From positions 1 through 64,000 of IMG/VR virus record IMGVR_UViG_3300025674_000021: 64,000 bases of DNA. One strand, written 5' to 3'. Under the pieces are notes generated by a model. That model was given only the letters and a program-made list of their open reading frames with translations. It did not search any database and was not told the DNA's origin. Both the position numbers and the translations under genes were made by a program. This DNA is from a virus. Position 1 is the first letter of the stretch; each line of letters starts with the position of its first letter. Below are positions 1 through 9,000 of the stretch, piece by piece.

Positions 1-10
1 ACATAATTTA

Positions 11-33
11 GAAAATGTTAAGATAACATTTTC
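11..33. repeat. Perfect 10-bp inverted repeat GAAAATGTTA-aga-TAACATTTTC (operator-like)
   Basis: Read directly; the TAACATTTT half-site recurs at ~751 and ~1004. Confidence 0.75.
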
Positions 34-63
34 ACAATTCCTTAATTGTTATCACAATCGTTG

Positions 64-127
64 CTTGTGTTTGTGTTAGGTGTAATCGTAATTTATTCTT
101 GTGTTTGTGTTAGGTGTAATCGTAATT
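64..127. repeat. Two copies of a 30-bp direct repeat CTTGTGTTTGTGTTAGGTGTAATCGTAATT
   Basis: Identical copies at 64-93 and 98-127. Confidence 0.9.
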
Positions 128-262
128 GTCGCTAATTCTTTAACCTAACTCATTTTTTTTAGTTTCTAACCACACTGGTGCCCGATCCGTCAAGCGGTTT
201 GGCGATAAGCATCGCTAATCAGACGGATCTGGATTTTGGTATCAACGGATACCATTGTTCCC

Positions 263-291
263 TTGCGGGATCCTGACCTGCCGTGTAGATT
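263..291 (+). promoter_or_regulatory. Putative sigma70-like promoter for ORF 321
   Basis: TTGCGG-17 nt-TAGATT, about 30 nt upstream of the ATG. Confidence 0.45.
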
Positions 292-320
292 AACCCTGTC
301 GTTAATCACACCACACCGAC

Positions 321-719
321 ATGACCACCAGCACCACCACCGCCGCCGCCCACTACGCCGCGTCTCTCACCCAGACCGTTGATGCCATCGACCAGATCTG
401 CGATGTGCTTTTCGACACAGAGTCTTTCGACGTGCGGATTGACCGCTACGTCGCTGAAGCGAAAATCGCCAAGCGTGCCGCCGATGATGCCGCACAGTAT
501 CTGGCGCAGATCCGCGCCGAGATACTCTCCCTGATGGTCGAAAGCAACCTTGCGACCTTTGAGAGTGAGGCGGGTAAGGTCACTGTCTGCAAGGGTAAGC
601 GGACAGTCAGCGTCACTGACAAGGCGCTTGCCGCTGAAATTTCTTTAATTAAAGAACGCGGCGTTAGAACTGGGCGCTGCACTGAAAAACAAGGCGCCGA
701 TTACGTGATCATCAAGTGA
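321..719 (+). CDS. Hypothetical protein (GC-rich; coiled-coil then beta segment, loosely Gp157-like)
   Basis: 132-aa ORF with upstream promoter and downstream hairpin; family assignment weak. Confidence 0.7.
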   Translation: MTTSTTTAAAHYAASLTQTVDAIDQICDVLFDTESFDVRIDRYVAEAKIAKRAADDAAQYLAQIRAEILSLMVESNLATFESEAGKVTVCKGKRTVSVTDKALAAEISLIKERGVRTGRCTEKQGADYVIIK

Positions 720-727
720 ACACAATT

Positions 728-762
728 GGGGACAATTCTGTCCCCTTAATTAACATTTTTCT
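728..762 (+). repeat. Intergenic module 1: hairpin GGGGACA-attc-TGTCCCC + TTAATTAACATTTTTCT
   Basis: Same architecture as 981-1015 and 1328-1350. Confidence 0.8.
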
Positions 763-771
763 TTCCCCACA

Positions 772-972
772 ATGTCAGAACTTAAATTCAACATTTACGG
801 CGAACATTTCTATCCTAATGGTTACTCTAGGATGGATGTTCTAAGTTACATTGCATCAACAAGAGAGGAAGCATTAGCAACATGCAAGCGTCTCAATCCT
901 AAGTTCCACATTATGTCAATCTGGATTGATGAAACTAAACCTGAAGTTGTAAAACTGCAACCGCTTCGGTAA
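772..972 (+). CDS. Hypothetical protein
   Basis: 66-aa ORF bounded by repeated intergenic modules. Confidence 0.65.
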   Translation: MSELKFNIYGEHFYPNGYSRMDVLSYIASTREEALATCKRLNPKFHIMSIWIDETKPEVVKLQPLR

Positions 973-980
973 CATTTAGC

Positions 981-1015
981 GGGGGAGAATCCTCCCCCTT
1001 AATTAACATTTTTCT
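981..1015 (+). repeat. Intergenic module 2: hairpin GGGGGAG-aatc-CTCCCCC + TTAATTAACATTTTTCT
   Basis: 17-nt tail identical to module 1. Confidence 0.8.
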
Positions 1016-1033
1016 CCCCTACACTTTAGACCC

Positions 1034-1315
1034 ATGCTTTCTACTTTCGATACCAACTTTCAACGGATTCGTGATGTTGAGCAGTTCGCCATTGATTCTA
1101 TTAATCGCGGCGGATTGCACGGTGATGGTATGATCGGGCAGGCAGAATTGCACTGCCAGGGTTATGCTGGAGAGGGCAATCCTCCACACGACATAGTGCT
1201 AGGTTGCACGGTTAAAGTCATCAAGAACGGCAATCGTCGCCATACGTTTACACTGAACGGGCGACGGATTGCGTGTCATAAGATAGCACTAAGATTAGGA
1301 GAATTGGGCGCTTAA
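1034..1315 (+). CDS. Hypothetical protein
   Basis: 93-aa ORF bounded by repeated intergenic modules. Confidence 0.65.
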   Translation: MLSTFDTNFQRIRDVEQFAIDSINRGGLHGDGMIGQAELHCQGYAGEGNPPHDIVLGCTVKVIKNGNRRHTFTLNGRRIACHKIALRLGELGA

Positions 1316-1327
1316 GTTACACTTAGC

Positions 1328-1350
1328 GGGGGCAGATATTGCCCCCTTAA
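1328..1350 (+). repeat. Intergenic module 3: hairpin GGGGGCA-gatat-TGCCCCC + TTAA
   Basis: Preceded by TTAGC as in module 2. Confidence 0.7.
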
Positions 1351-1546
1351 ATGTTAGTATTTGGCAGTTAATATGGGGGCGATTTTTTATATTTTCCGCC
1401 CCATGCCCCCCCGTATATAAAACGCCTAACTACCCTAAGCTATAAAGTGTTACGAACGCCTGTTAAAAAACGCGCCTATAAAAAAATCCGCCCCCCACCT
1501 CAAAAACCGTCAAAGTCATATATAATGCAAGAACGGAAAACGATCT

Positions 1547-1717
1547 ATGGAAAAAAATCGCGCAGAAAATTTTTCGACCGTAGAGATCGATCCAGTGACG
1601 GGGGAGTACTACGTAATCATTCCGCAATGGATATGTGACGAGCAGGGTTGGTATGAGGGCACAGAAGTAAACATTGAGGTAGAGAGCAACTGCATTATTG
1701 TCCGTGGAGTGGATTAG
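1547..1717 (+). CDS. Small AbrB/MazE-like (swapped-hairpin) protein, 56 aa; not in ORF track
   Basis: Manual translation MEKNRAENFSTVEIDPVTGEYYVIIPQWICDEQGWYEGTEVNIEVESNCIIVRGVD; IP....LGW..G..V pattern typical of AbrB-like folds. Confidence 0.7.
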   Translation: MEKNRAENFSTVEIDPVTGEYYVIIPQWICDEQGWYEGTEVNIEVESNCIIVRGVD

Positions 1718-1726
1718 CATCACCGA

Positions 1727-1755
1727 TTGACACTTCATATATAATACGGTATGAT
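1727..1755 (+). promoter_or_regulatory. Sigma70-type promoter
   Basis: TTGACA-17 nt-TATGAT upstream of 1778. Confidence 0.8.
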
Positions 1756-1777
1756 ACTGAAGTAACCAATTTCTATT

Positions 1778-2536
1778 ATGGCTAAAGGATTTACAGTAAA
1801 GGCAAAGACACCCAAACCATCAGAGAGCGCCCCAGAATGGGATTACGATGCTGCCAGAGAGATGCTGAAAGGCAAGGCAGTAGTTTTCTGTTTACCCGGT
1901 CGAGGGGTATCTTATGCATTTCTCAAAAGTTTTGTACAACTTTGCTTCGACCTGGTAAAATGCGGAGCAAGCATCCAGATCTCGCAGGATTATTCCTCAA
2001 TGGTCAACTTTGCAAGATGCAAGTGTCTGGGAGCGAATGTACTGCGTGGACCGGATCAGATTCCCTGGGATGGAAAGTTGAAGTATGATTATCAGTTGTG
2101 GATTGATAGTGATATTGTATTCAACACTGAGAAGTTCTATCAGTTGGTTCTGATGGATCAGGACATTGCCGCCGGATGGTACTGTACCGAGGACGGGCGC
2201 ACGACATCTGTTGCCCACTGGTTGGACGAAGAGGACTTCCGTGGTAATGGTGGTGTCATGAACCATGAAACCCTGGAGAGTATTGGTAAGCGTCGTAAGC
2301 CATTCACTGTGGACTACACAGGATTTGGATGGGTACTGATCAAGCACGGAGTGTTTGAACATGAAGAGATGAAGTATCCATGGTTTGCACCAAAGATGCA
2401 GGTTTTTGAATCTGGCAGTGTACAGGACATGTGCGGTGAAGACGTATCTTTCTGTCTCGATGCAATTCAGGCGGGCTTTGAAATTTGGTGCGACCCACGT
2501 ATCAGAGTTGGTCACGAAAAGACAAGGGTGATCTGA
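1778..2536 (+). CDS. Glycosyltransferase (GT-A/GT2-like), common in cyanomyophages
   Basis: LWIDSDIVF DxD motif, GFGWVLIK, GEDVSFC, RVGHEK. Confidence 0.8.
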   Translation: MAKGFTVKAKTPKPSESAPEWDYDAAREMLKGKAVVFCLPGRGVSYAFLKSFVQLCFDLVKCGASIQISQDYSSMVNFARCKCLGANVLRGPDQIPWDGKLKYDYQLWIDSDIVFNTEKFYQLVLMDQDIAAGWYCTEDGRTTSVAHWLDEEDFRGNGGVMNHETLESIGKRRKPFTVDYTGFGWVLIKHGVFEHEEMKYPWFAPKMQVFESGSVQDMCGEDVSFCLDAIQAGFEIWCDPRIRVGHEKTRVI

Positions 2537-3111
2537 TGACATCGAGGGTATTCATGTATGATGCGCCTTGTGTTATAAGACCTTTTGAGGACCACGCGGC
2601 GCTCCGGGATCTCGTATTGGAAAAGATCTTGAAGGATGCGGAGGATAATGATCGAAGATACGATTATTATGATCAATATGATATTCCTTATATGGACATC
2701 TTCACGGATTACACCTCGGAACTTGAGGACTTACCGTATTATGATATGATTCGGAAACCCTTGAACAAACATATGGTCAAGGTAATTCGTGAGGACATGG
2801 GTTTTCATGATGTGAATGACGTATCTGAGATCTGGTATCAGATTTATTACAATCAACAGATGCACGGATGGCACGTCCATCACAATTGTAACTTCACGTC
2901 TGTATGGTACTTGGAGTTTCCTGAGGGCGCTCCGTGTACGGAATTTATGGATACGCGGACAAAGGAGGTCAAAGTCATTGAAGGACTCAAGGAGGGTGAT
3001 ATAATGACATTCCCATCTTATGTCGTCCACCGCGCACCAGTTAATCTCGGTCACGAGCGGAAGACCATTATTTCATGGCATGTCGATGTAATATGGGATC
3101 CACCAGAATGA
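2536..3111 (+). CDS. 2OG-Fe(II) oxygenase superfamily protein (start probably ATG 2536)
   Basis: HxH (WHVHH), SVWYL, GDIMTFPSYVVH, RKTIISW; TGATG overlap with the upstream stop. Confidence 0.8.
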   Translation: MTSRVFMYDAPCVIRPFEDHAALRDLVLEKILKDAEDNDRRYDYYDQYDIPYMDIFTDYTSELEDLPYYDMIRKPLNKHMVKVIREDMGFHDVNDVSEIWYQIYYNQQMHGWHVHHNCNFTSVWYLEFPEGAPCTEFMDTRTKEVKVIEGLKEGDIMTFPSYVVHRAPVNLGHERKTIISWHVDVIWDPPE

Positions 3112-3269
3112 GAGAGAAGTACAATGTTTATGTAAACGGCGACCTTACACACAGTAATCTTTCTGAAGAAGATTTTTTTAATGTGATGGAAGATTACGCC
3201 AAAGGGTTCTATGATAACGGAACCATCAAACCAGACCAAATCACCTACAAAGTTATTATTGAAGATTAA
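3108..3269 (+). CDS. Hypothetical protein (start probably ATG 3108)
   Basis: ATGA overlap with the oxygenase stop; MREKYNVYVNG... Confidence 0.65.
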   Translation: MREKYNVYVNGDLTHSNLSEEDFFNVMEDYAKGFYDNGTIKPDQITYKVIIED

Positions 3270-3271
3270 TT

Positions 3272-3418
3272 ATGGCACGATCTAAAGTTGGAATTGTAAA
3301 AGATAGTTTCATGCCGGGGAAACCCAAAAAAACTCGGCAAGGATCAGGACAGCACACCAAGTGTGCTGCGACCTCACGTAATGGTAAGCAGAAGCGTTAT
3401 CGGGGGCAGGGACGATGA
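3272..3418 (+). CDS. Small basic protein, 48 aa; not in ORF track
   Basis: MARSKVG...KKTRQGSG...KRYRGQGR, a type commonly seen upstream of gp25 in cyanomyophages. Confidence 0.7.
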   Translation: MARSKVGIVKDSFMPGKPKKTRQGSGQHTKCAATSRNGKQKRYRGQGR

Positions 3419-3564
3419 AAACATTTGATAAAGTCCTTAGTTACGTCTTCGTCGGTGTTATTTCAGTTATTGTCTGGGAGTTTGGACATCCATATGTTCT
3501 AGGTACTCATGATGACCATCATCACAGTCATCCAGGCAACGAACACGTTAGAGATTATAAATGA
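3415..3564 (+). CDS. Small membrane protein with His-rich C-terminus, 49 aa; not in ORF track
   Basis: MKTFDKVLSYVFVGVISVIVWEFGHPYVLGTHDDHHHSHPGNEHVRDYK; ATGA overlap; followed by a terminator. Confidence 0.6.
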   Translation: MKTFDKVLSYVFVGVISVIVWEFGHPYVLGTHDDHHHSHPGNEHVRDYK

Positions 3565-3572
3565 TTGAAGAG

Positions 3573-3595
3573 GTCCCCTTCGGGGGACTTTTTTT
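3573..3595 (+). terminator. Rho-independent terminator
   Basis: GTCCCC-TTCG-GGGGAC followed by a T run. Confidence 0.85.
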
Positions 3596-3600
3596 ATGCC

Positions 3601-3626
3601 AATAAATAAGAGGTAAGTGCTAAATA
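3601..3626 (+). promoter_or_regulatory. T4-type late promoter(s) for the baseplate operon
   Basis: AATAAATA at 3601 and TAAATA at 3621. Confidence 0.6.
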
Positions 3627-3644
3627 ACTAAAAAGTTCTCGGAA

Positions 3645-4046
3645 ATGGCAGTAACAAGGGTATCTAGATCCTTCAAAGATATTAGTTTATCCTTTGAACC
3701 ACATCCTGTGACAAAGGATTTACCTATTCTTACAAATAGAAATGCTATTATAAGGTCTGTACGTAATTTAGTTGAAACAATCAAAACAGAACGATTCTTT
3801 CAACCTAATCTAGGATCAGATGTACGTGATAGTTTATTTGAAATTGTTGACTATGCAACGGCAACAGTATTAGAAGATCAGGTCAAGGAAGTTATTCTCA
3901 ATTATGAACCAAGAGTTGAGAATCTTGATGTTGAAGTAGAACCAAGCATTGATGATAATAAATTTGAGGTTACTGTAATTTTCGATATTATTGGACAAGA
4001 TGTTCCTACCCAATCGTTTACCTTCATCTTAGAGGCAACCAGATAA
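3645..4046 (+). CDS. gp25: Baseplate wedge subunit gp25
   Basis: FKDISLSF..HPVTKDL, ERFFQPNLGS, YEPRV; first gene of the baseplate operon. Confidence 0.92.
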   Translation: MAVTRVSRSFKDISLSFEPHPVTKDLPILTNRNAIIRSVRNLVETIKTERFFQPNLGSDVRDSLFEIVDYATATVLEDQVKEVILNYEPRVENLDVEVEPSIDDNKFEVTVIFDIIGQDVPTQSFTFILEATR

Positions 4047-4050
4047 ACAA

Positions 4051-6000
4051 ATGCCTTTTACTAAATTCACCAATCTCGACTACGGTCAAATAAGAGAATC
4101 GATAAAAGATTACCTTCGTGCAAACTCCACCTTTACGGATTTTGACTTTGAGGGATCTAACTTCTCTGTTTTGATTGATACGTTAGCATATAATACGTAT
4201 ATCACGGCATTCAATACGAATATGGTCGTGAATGAATCCTTCTTGGATTCTGCAACGGTTAGGGAGAATGTCGTTGCTCTTGCACGAAATATTGGATATG
4301 TACCTTCTTCAAGAACTGCGGCGAGTGCAAAGATTTCTTTTGAAGTAAGAGTCGATCCTCAGGCAACCTTACAAGACGGAACACCCATTTATACCCCTAC
4401 AGTAACACTTCAGGCAGGTCTTGTCTGTACTGGTGGTACGAGAGGGTCTTCTTTCGTCTTCTCTTCTCCTGAGACCATTACGGCACCAGTCGTGAACGGT
4501 CTTGCGAAGTTTGATAATGTTATTGTCAGGGAAGGAACGTTCCTAACAAAGAGATTTACTGTTGATACCTCAATAGATCAGAAATATATCGTCGATAACT
4601 CATTTGTAGATACATCTACTCTTAGAGCATATGTAAGAGAACCTTCAGAGACAGGTTTAGGTGATCAATACTCCTTGGTAGAGAATATTATCAATATTGA
4701 TTCCAATTCATTAGTATATCTTATTCAAGAGGTAGCGGATGAAAGGTATCAGTTATTGTTCGGTAACGGTATTTTTGGAAAAGCACTAGAAAATGGCAAT
4801 ATTGTAACGGTAAACTACATTGTAACGTCTGGAAAGGACGGAAATGGTGTTGATACCTTTGCTTTTGGTGGAACATTGCGTGATGCAGACGATAATATCG
4901 TCGTTCCTACTAATACAGTCACCATAACGACCATAGATCGTTCATATAATGGCGCAGAAATTGAAAATCTTGACTCAATTCGTTATTTTGCACCAAGATT
5001 GTACTCTGCACAGAACAGAGCAGTCACAACGACTGATTATGAAACGATTATTAAGTCAAAAATCTTCAAAAATGCGGAATCTGTCTCCGTTGTTGGTGGA
5101 GAAGAGCTTGAACCACCACAATATGGCAATGTTTTGATCAGTATCAAACCAAAAAATGGTACTTTTATCTCAGATTTCGATAAAGAGCAGATTTTATCAA
5201 AATTAAAGCAATATTCGGTCTCCGGAATCAACCAAAAGATCGTCGATCTCAAGATTCTCTATGTTGAGATTGACGCTTCGGTCTATTATAACTTTAATAA
5301 GGTCGTAAATGCGTCTGATTTGAAGAGTAGAGTCAATTCTTCACTTGTTTCTTACTCACAATCGGTAGATTTGAACAAATTTGGTGGAAGATTCAAATAT
5401 TCCAAACTTTTACAGATTATTGACAACACAGATTCTGCAATTACATCAAATATCACGAAAATTATCATTAGAAGAGACCTGAAAGCACTGATTAATCAGT
5501 TTGCACAGTACGAAATCTGTTTTGGCAATAGATTTCATATCAATCAGAAGGGATATAACATCAAATCAACTGGATTTACGATTCTTGGAAGCACTGATAC
5601 CGTATTTTTCACTGATACGCCAAATAATGACGGAAAAACAGGTGTTCTTTCAATCGTAAAACCAGCAACTGAGATCCAAACTGACTCTGAGGATCCATTT
5701 GCACCCGAAATTCTTGTAAAATCTGCCGGAACGGTGGATTATGAGAAGGGAGAAGTCAATATTAACAATATTATCATTACTTCAACTGTTCTTGAGAACG
5801 ATTCTATTGAAATTCAGGCATTCCCAGAATCAAATGACGTTATTGGATTGAAAGATCTCTATATTTCTTTCAATCTTGAGAAGAGTAAAATAAATATGAT
5901 TAAAGATTCTATATCTTCTGGGGAAGATAATTCAGGTGTTGTCTTCAATAAAAATTATTATACATCCAGCTATTCCAACGGGAGTTTAACGAGGTCATAA
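4051..6000 (+). CDS. gp6: Baseplate wedge subunit gp6
   Basis: FTDFDFEGSNFSVLIDTLAYNT, ESFLDSATVRENVV, QNRAVTTTDY. Confidence 0.93.
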   Translation: MPFTKFTNLDYGQIRESIKDYLRANSTFTDFDFEGSNFSVLIDTLAYNTYITAFNTNMVVNESFLDSATVRENVVALARNIGYVPSSRTAASAKISFEVRVDPQATLQDGTPIYTPTVTLQAGLVCTGGTRGSSFVFSSPETITAPVVNGLAKFDNVIVREGTFLTKRFTVDTSIDQKYIVDNSFVDTSTLRAYVREPSETGLGDQYSLVENIINIDSNSLVYLIQEVADERYQLLFGNGIFGKALENGNIVTVNYIVTSGKDGNGVDTFAFGGTLRDADDNIVVPTNTVTITTIDRSYNGAEIENLDSIRYFAPRLYSAQNRAVTTTDYETIIKSKIFKNAESVSVVGGEELEPPQYGNVLISIKPKNGTFISDFDKEQILSKLKQYSVSGINQKIVDLKILYVEIDASVYYNFNKVVNASDLKSRVNSSLVSYSQSVDLNKFGGRFKYSKLLQIIDNTDSAITSNITKIIIRRDLKALINQFAQYEICFGNRFHINQKGYNIKSTGFTILGSTDTVFFTDTPNNDGKTGVLSIVKPATEIQTDSEDPFAPEILVKSAGTVDYEKGEVNINNIIITSTVLENDSIEIQAFPESNDVIGLKDLYISFNLEKSKINMIKDSISSGEDNSGVVFNKNYYTSSYSNGSLTRS

Positions 6001-6001
6001 T

Positions 6002-9000
6002 ATGCAAAACGCAGGTTTTGGAGAAAGAGTAAAGATTCAGCAGATCATTGAAAATCAACTCCCTGAGTTCATTTTAGGCGAAAATCCTAAATTTGTCGAA
6101 TTTTTGAAGCAATATTATATTTCTCAAGAATATCAAGGTGGTCCAGTAGACATTGCGGACAACCTTGATAGGTATTTGAAGCTTGATAACCTCACTCCAG
6201 AAGTCATTAGGGGTAATACACACCTAACAGAATCAATAACATCCACTTCAGAAACTATTAATGTTGTTTCTACGAAGGGATTTCCGCCAAAATACGGTCT
6301 AATTCGTATTGATAACGAAATTATCACCTATACCGAAAGTACTGAAACCACTTTTGAGGGTTGTATTAGAGGTTTTAGTGGTGTTACCGACTATCATGCT
6401 GAACTAAATCAGGAAGAACTGGTATTTGAGAGCACTTCTGCAGCAGATCATGCCAATGAATCCATCATTTACAACCTGAGTTCTCTATTTTTACAAGAAT
6501 TTTACAAAAAACTCAAGTTTTCTCTCACTCCAGGACTCGAAAATCTTGATTTTGCAGAAAACCTAAACGTTGCAAACTTCGTAAAAGAGGCAAGAGGGTT
6601 CTATGAGTCCAAAGGAACGGACGAATCCTTCAGAATTCTGTTTAATGTCCTCTATAATGAAAGTCCAACCATTATAAACCTTGAAGATTTCCTTCTGAAA
6701 CCATCTGATGCATCATATATCAGAAGGTCTGTAGTCATCGTAAGACCGCTCTCAGGCAGTATTAACGATCTAGAGGGTCAAACTATCTACAAGAGTACAG
6801 ACAACGTTACAACCGCTTCTGTGTCGGAGATAGAGTCGTTTACCAGGAAGGGTGTAACATACTATAAACTGAATCTTTTTGTAGGTTATGACGATACAAA
6901 CCCAACGATTACTGGTACTTTTGACGTTACTCAGAATACTAGAGTTGTTGATGACGTAACAATATCAGGAACAGAACCAATTCATACCATTTCAGTAGAT
7001 TCTACTGTAGGGTTTGACCATAATGGATTGATTTACTCCAATCACAAACCAATTTATTACACTGAAAAGACCTTAAACCAGTTTTTAGGTTGTTACACTA
7101 ATGAGAGTGAGCCAATTCTCATTGACAAAACTGATTATGTTCATGGAAGCAACACTTACTATGGGTATGCTGATGGTGATGAAAATCAAAAAGTAGAATT
7201 CCTGATCACGGGTGTACTGTCTAATGCTGTTATTGATAATGAGAAGTTTAATTTCAAATCTGGCGACGTTATTTCTCCAAAGAGTTTAGGAACTACCGTT
7301 AGTAAAGATGGTAGCAAATTGTCTATCTTTACTAATGCATGGTTATATAATACTAGTACTCGATATCAAATTGATACCTTTTCTGGTAGTACTATAACAA
7401 CAAAAGTTTCTATTGATAGAAATACTCTTAAGGCAGGAGATAAAGTAGAAATCCTCTCTAGGAACACTGAGATCGTCCCTGTGGGGTTTGATGATATAAC
7501 CATCCTAAGTATTGCAGAAGACGGTACAATCACTCTGAACGTCTCTACGACGCCTCTGGCGATCCCTGGAACATCATATGATGTTAGAAGATTGCTTAAA
7601 AAAGCAACCTCATCTACTGCAGACATTCAGTATGGTAATAATGTCGTATCTTCGGATGTACAGAACGTTTATATTGATAAAGAAGATGTTGTATACGTAG
7701 CTTCAAACTCTTTACCTGGTTATGAAATCACATCTCCTATATTTGAATATGAAATATCATCTCTTGATGAATTTGATAATGTATCCCAGGGATATAGTGT
7801 TATTAGATTTAATGACGTAGTATCATTCTTAACAGGGGATAAAGTAAAATATATTCCAAATGAATCTGATCCTATTGAAGGATTAAATGAAGAATTTTAT
7901 TTTGTAGACGTTCTTTCCGATAAAACAAGTATAAAATTATACCAAAACGGTGTTACAATTCCTTCAACAGATTTCTTAAAATTTGGAACTTCTGATACTA
8001 TTAGTTCTGGAAATAATATTATCTTGTTTGAGCAGAGAACTAAAACTATAAATCCTCAAAAAATTCTCAAGAAGATAGATCTTAAACAGGAAGTCGAAGA
8101 TAATGTAAGTAGTAGCATTCTTCCTGGAGCATTAGGAATGCTCAAAAATGGTGCAGAAATATTCACCTTTAAAACCAACGATAAGGTTTATTATGGTCCT
8201 CTGGAAAGTATTAATATATTGAATGGTGGTAAAGATTATGACGTAATCAATCCACCACTTCTTGAGATTCCAGGAACGGCAGATATCTCACCTGTCATTA
8301 TCGGTAGTGTTAAGAGTGTTTATGTTGATCCTCAGGATTTTGACTTTGAGAAAATTATTTCTATCGATTTAACCGGTGGAAATGGTTCTGGAGCAAAATT
8401 TGAACCTGTTGTAGAAAAATTTGCACGTCAAATTGACTTTGATGCTAGAGAATTCAATCTTGGTGGAGGATTGGATATCGTCAATGAAAGAATTACATTT
8501 ACAAAACCTCACGGTCTGATTGATGGTCAAGAAATTACTTATAATAAAGTAAACAATCTTGCTATTGGCATTGAACCATTTCAAGGTCCAAATACAGATT
8601 CTGGAGAAAGTTTGATTGATGGTGCAATTTACTATCCAGAAATCATTAACGATCAAACAATTAGAATCTATAGAAATTATTCCGATTTCTTTGCAGGAAT
8701 CAATACTGTAGGATTCTCTACGATTGGAGCTTCTGGAATTCATAAGTTTAAGTTAGAAACTAAGAACAGATTATCTGAAATTAGAGTTACTGCAGGTGGA
8801 GAAGGATTTGCCTATAGAAACCTGAAAGTTAATACTTCTGGAATATCTACAACCAATCATTTTATCGAATTTGAGAATCATGGTTTCTCTGAAGGAGAAA
8901 TCATTGAGTATACTCCTGATGGAACACCTATCTCAGGTGTTTCTAGCACAACTAAGTACAAGGTACTCTTTATTGATGAGAATAGGTTTAGAATTTCTGA

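Noticed and set aside
64-127. 30-bp direct repeats as a CRISPR array
   Set aside because: Only two copies with a 4-nt gap, no spacers and no cas genes
1447-1738. ORF-track calls 1447-1638 (+) and 1463-1738 (-)
   Set aside because: They overlap the more credible AbrB-like ORF 1547-1717 and span low-complexity non-coding sequence
3415-3444. MKTFDKV start as a capsid-targeting sequence
   Set aside because: Lacks the second aromatic residue and the terminal xxE site, and is followed by a TM helix
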